Of a stretch of 64,000 nt of DNA, positions 61,384 through 64,000 are shown piece after piece. Numbering within the stretch: the stretch's first letter is position 1; every line of letters begins with the position of its first letter. Below the pieces are notes generated by a model. It did not search any database and was not told the origin of the DNA. It saw only the letters and a list, made by a program, of their open reading frames with translations. Source of the DNA: Pseudomonadota bacterium. GTDB taxonomy: Bacteria > Bdellovibrionota_B > Oligoflexia > Oligoflexales > CAIYRB01. The stretch spans positions 15,685-79,684 of the forward strand of contig JANOTL010000201.1 in the NCBI GenBank assembly GCA_031416315.1. Reading direction: 5' to 3'. The position numbers and the translations under genes are program-made.

Positions 61384-64000
61384 AGCTTCTCGCATTGACC
61401 CTGGGCTTGTTCGCGGCGACGGCGTTCGCGCAGGACGGCGCCGAGCCGGAGACGCGCGATAGGCACTACGGCGAAGCCGTAGAGCGCGACGGCTCGGTCA
61501 TCATCGACTACAAGCCGTCGACCGAAGAAGAGACGCTCGACGAGCCGACGTACCTGCAGCCGATCGAGCAGCTTCTCGCCAATCCCGCCCTGATCACGAG
61601 CCTCGCGTCGAACGCCGACGCCATCAATCGGTCGGTCGAGTCGGTCATGGACTCCTTGTTTTACAGCCTGCTCGATAACGAGCGCGCGTTCAAGCTGACC
61701 GAGCACTCGTGGATCTTGGGGAGCATGAAACGCGACGTCTACAGCGCCCCGAGCGGCTCGTACGTCGTCGTCGACCGCGTGGCTTTGGGGCCGCGGTACG
61801 CGCGGGAGTTGACGCGCGTGCACGGCATGCCGATCTCCCTCGGCATCGACGGCACCGTCGAGGTGGCACAGATCTATCTCCGCAACGACGGGATGCGGCT
61901 GGCGCAGCAGGATGCGTTGCCGACGTGGCGGCGTTGGCTCAACAACTGGTTCGGCCTGGTGCCCTTGCTCTCGGTCGGCCTCCCGCCGTCCTTCAACCAG
62001 AACGAGATGTACGATCCGCTGCGCCAGATCGAGACTCCCTTCGTCTTCCCGCTCGACGCGGGGTCGTTCTACGACATGGCGATCGGCTCGATTCGCAGCT
62101 ACTCCGTCTCCGGCGGCGTGCAGGTGCCGGTCGACTTCGGCGGCATCCTCGACCGTTCTTCGCGCGATCTCTTGCTGAAGATCGGCAATCTGTCGGCCAC
62201 GGTGCCTTACGCGGTGTTCAAGCGCGGTGACTACCGAATCAACGTGCTGCGCCGCGGCGAGCATTCCGCCTGGGTCGGCTTGAAAGAGACGTCGCGCGCC
62301 GGCCATATCGTCAGTCCCTTCGTCGGGAGCCAATATTTTCTGCTGAAAGGCGCGCTTGCCGCGACGTTCTTCGGCTGGCACTGGGTGTGGCCGGGGATCT
62401 CCGTCGGGGTCCTGCCGGTGAACCTGGCGTTGGAGCAAGCTTTCGCGAAGCTTTACGACCAGGTCTACGAGTACGACCTGCGCAAGCTCCCCGCGCGCGA
62501 GGCCTACGAGAACGCCGTTCGCGGCGACTTCCTCCCGTCGCGCGAGCGCTACCTTGACGCGAAGGAAAAGGGCGAGGATACCGGCGTCACCTTTCACTTC
62601 ACCCGCACGCAGCAGCGACTCGAGGAGATCGTCCGCAACGGACCCAACTTCGTCGTCTTCAAACGCGAGCGCCAGGGCGAGCTCAACGACTCGGAGATCG
62701 AGATCACCGACGTCGACGGCAAGTTCTACGTGCTCGAGACCTCGCGCGAGACCAACGACAAGATCGCGGACGTGCTGGTCGGCGAGGAAGAGCGGCGCAT
62801 CCAGCAAGCCGTGGCGATGAAAGTGCGCCGCGTCCTCGAAGAGAACCCTCAGGACAAGGACCCCGACTTTTCCTACGTGTTCGACGCCGGTCCGGATCCG
62901 ATCGGGCTCGCGGTCAATCTGTCGATCCAGGATCGTTACATCGACGTCGGCGAATATGACGACTACATCGCAGATTTGCGCTTCTTCTCGAAGCTTCCGC
63001 TCGAGGACGTGCCGAGCTTGCCGCTCAAGGACCGGGAGCTCGAGAACGCGTGGCGTCGGCGCCAATTCTACGCCGAGCCGACGCAGAACATCGCGGTGCC
63101 GCACGTGCCGGCGACCCACCTCGGGCGCTTCGGGGCGCAGACCTCGATGCATTTCTCCACGGCTGCCATCAACCGCATCCTGGAGCAGCCGCTTGGCGAG
63201 AAGTGGCGCGCCTTCGCTAAGGCATTCGGGGCTGACGAGGTGGCATGGTCGAGCGCCGACAAGCGGGCCAGCATGGGGCACTCCGCGCAGTGGTTCAAGG
63301 CGTTCCTCCTGTTCCCCTTGCGACTTTTCAACGTCCGCGTCGCTGCGGCCGATGCCATCAAGGAGACGGAGCGCGCCATCGGCGCGATGGAGCGCGTGCG
63401 CCTCCTCGAAAGTCCGCGCGCGAAGCTCGACGAATTCCGCATCCTTCTCGACACCGACCACCCGGAGCGCCTGGTGCGGGCGCTCCTCGAGCTCGCCGAG
63501 CTCGACTCGGTGCCGCGCCGCGTCAGCTTCTCGGTGCAACCGAAGGGCGCGGCCCGGCAGGCGATTCGGGACGCATTTCGCAAGCTCGACGGCATGATCT
63601 TCACCGGCGGCGGCGATTTCCCCGAGCCGACGCGCTATGCGCGCTCGAAGAAGAAGCTCGCGAACTTCTACCTCGACCAGCCGCGCGACGCCGACTCGAA
63701 GCCGAACGTGGCGCGCGTCCTCGTCGGAACGAAGCCGATCCCGGAATCCGTGCGTAATCTCTCGGTCGATCCTGAAGACGGCGAGGAGGCCGGGCTCGAT
63801 CGCACACAAGAGTATGTGCATCTCACGATCAGCGTCTCGCAGGTGCCGCCGCGCTCGGGCGTGAAGCTTTACGTGCGCGTCGATCAGGCGGGCAAGATCA
63901 AGATCGGCAAGCTCGCGCTCGCGGAGAAAGTGCTCGAGCTCCCATCCCCGGACGAAGCGCAGACGGAGGTCATCCAGGCGAAGGACGGCAGCATGCATTC
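61380..64000 (+). CDS. Large secreted hypothetical protein (partial, more than 870 aa; continues past the window end)
   Basis: Absent from the ORF track because there is no stop codon in the window. My codon-by-codon reading from ATG 61380 (ATGA overlap with the upstream stop) stays open to 64000 with GC-rich third positions. The signal peptide is MKLLALTLGLFAATAFA/QD. The 895-aa minus-strand track ORF is its antisense shadow. Confidence 0.8.
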   Translation, partial: MKLLALTLGLFAATAFAQDGAEPETRDRHYGEAVERDGSVIIDYKPSTEEETLDEPTYLQPIEQLLANPALITSLASNADAINRSVESVMDSLFYSLLDNERAFKLTEHSWILGSMKRDVYSAPSGSYVVVDRVALGPRYARELTRVHGMPISLGIDGTVEVAQIYLRNDGMRLAQQDALPTWRRWLNNWFGLVPLLSVGLPPSFNQNEMYDPLRQIETPFVFPLDAGSFYDMAIGSIRSYSVSGGVQVPVDFGGILDRSSRDLLLKIGNLSATVPYAVFKRGDYRINVLRRGEHSAWVGLKETSRAGHIVSPFVGSQYFLLKGALAATFFGWHWVWPGISVGVLPVNLALEQAFAKLYDQVYEYDLRKLPAREAYENAVRGDFLPSRERYLDAKEKGEDTGVTFHFTRTQQRLEEIVRNGPNFVVFKRERQGELNDSEIEITDVDGKFYVLETSRETNDKIADVLVGEEERRIQQAVAMKVRRVLEENPQDKDPDFSYVFDAGPDPIGLAVNLSIQDRYIDVGEYDDYIADLRFFSKLPLEDVPSLPLKDRELENAWRRRQFYAEPTQNIAVPHVPATHLGRFGAQTSMHFSTAAINRILEQPLGEKWRAFAKAFGADEVAWSSADKRASMGHSAQWFKAFLLFPLRLFNVRVAAADAIKETERAIGAMERVRLLESPRAKLDEFRILLDTDHPERLVRALLELAELDSVPRRVSFSVQPKGAARQAIRDAFRKLDGMIFTGGGDFPEPTRYARSKKKLANFYLDQPRDADSKPNVARVLVGTKPIPESVRNLSVDPEDGEEAGLDRTQEYVHLTISVSQVPPRSGVKLYVRVDQAGKIKIGKLALAEKVLELPSPDEAQTEVIQAKDGSMH

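Overview
This is a chromosomal segment from a GC-rich diderm bacterium. The evidence for a diderm is LptF/G, SurA-type chaperones and many lipobox lipoproteins. Composition and the K/A/P-rich protein tails suggest a Myxococcota/Bdellovibrionota-like lineage, but that is only a guess. I saw no rRNA, tRNA, CRISPR array, transposase or integrase.

Layout:
- 1-6.8 kb, minus strand: an NADH dehydrogenase cluster with only the seven membrane-arm subunits, in the order nuoA-H-J-K-L-M-N.
- 6.8-7.9 kb: gpsA.
- 7.9-11.9 kb, minus strand: a lipoprotein gene followed by a 1022-aa tail-fibre-like surface protein with 60-bp in-frame tandem repeats.
- 12-15.9 kb: a sigma-54-type promoter driving a 66-aa acidic ORF, then small accessory genes.
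- 16-20 kb: a 1362-aa cytoplasmic protein built almost entirely of E/R/A-rich degenerate repeats of about 15 residues. Its stop overlaps the start of an AraC/cupin regulator.
- 20-24 kb: accessory genes (VOC, TM2, trhO, APH(3')-like, nitronate monooxygenase-like).
- 24.5-27.7 kb: a topoisomerase VI pair (top6B-top6A), which is rare in bacteria, ending 10 nt upstream of mfd.
- 31-36.4 kb: periplasmic chaperones and lipoproteins.
- 36.8-51.7 kb: the complete S10-spc-alpha ribosomal protein cluster with secY, adk, infA, rpmJ and rpoA. It lacks rplX (L24), and several proteins carry low-complexity extensions.
- 51.8-55.9 kb: lptF/G, a LysR regulator, an SH3 lipoprotein and an HD-GYP protein.
- 55.9-64 kb: four tightly packed envelope genes, three of them joined by overlapping start and stop codons. 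They encode two sulfatase-fold proteins with Thr in the nucleophile position, a putative barrel protein and a large secreted protein that runs off the window.

Many long ORFs in the supplied track are antisense or off-frame shadows typical of GC-rich DNA. Two real genes that touch the window edges (nuoN and the last gene) and rpmJ are absent from the track. I found them by direct translation.
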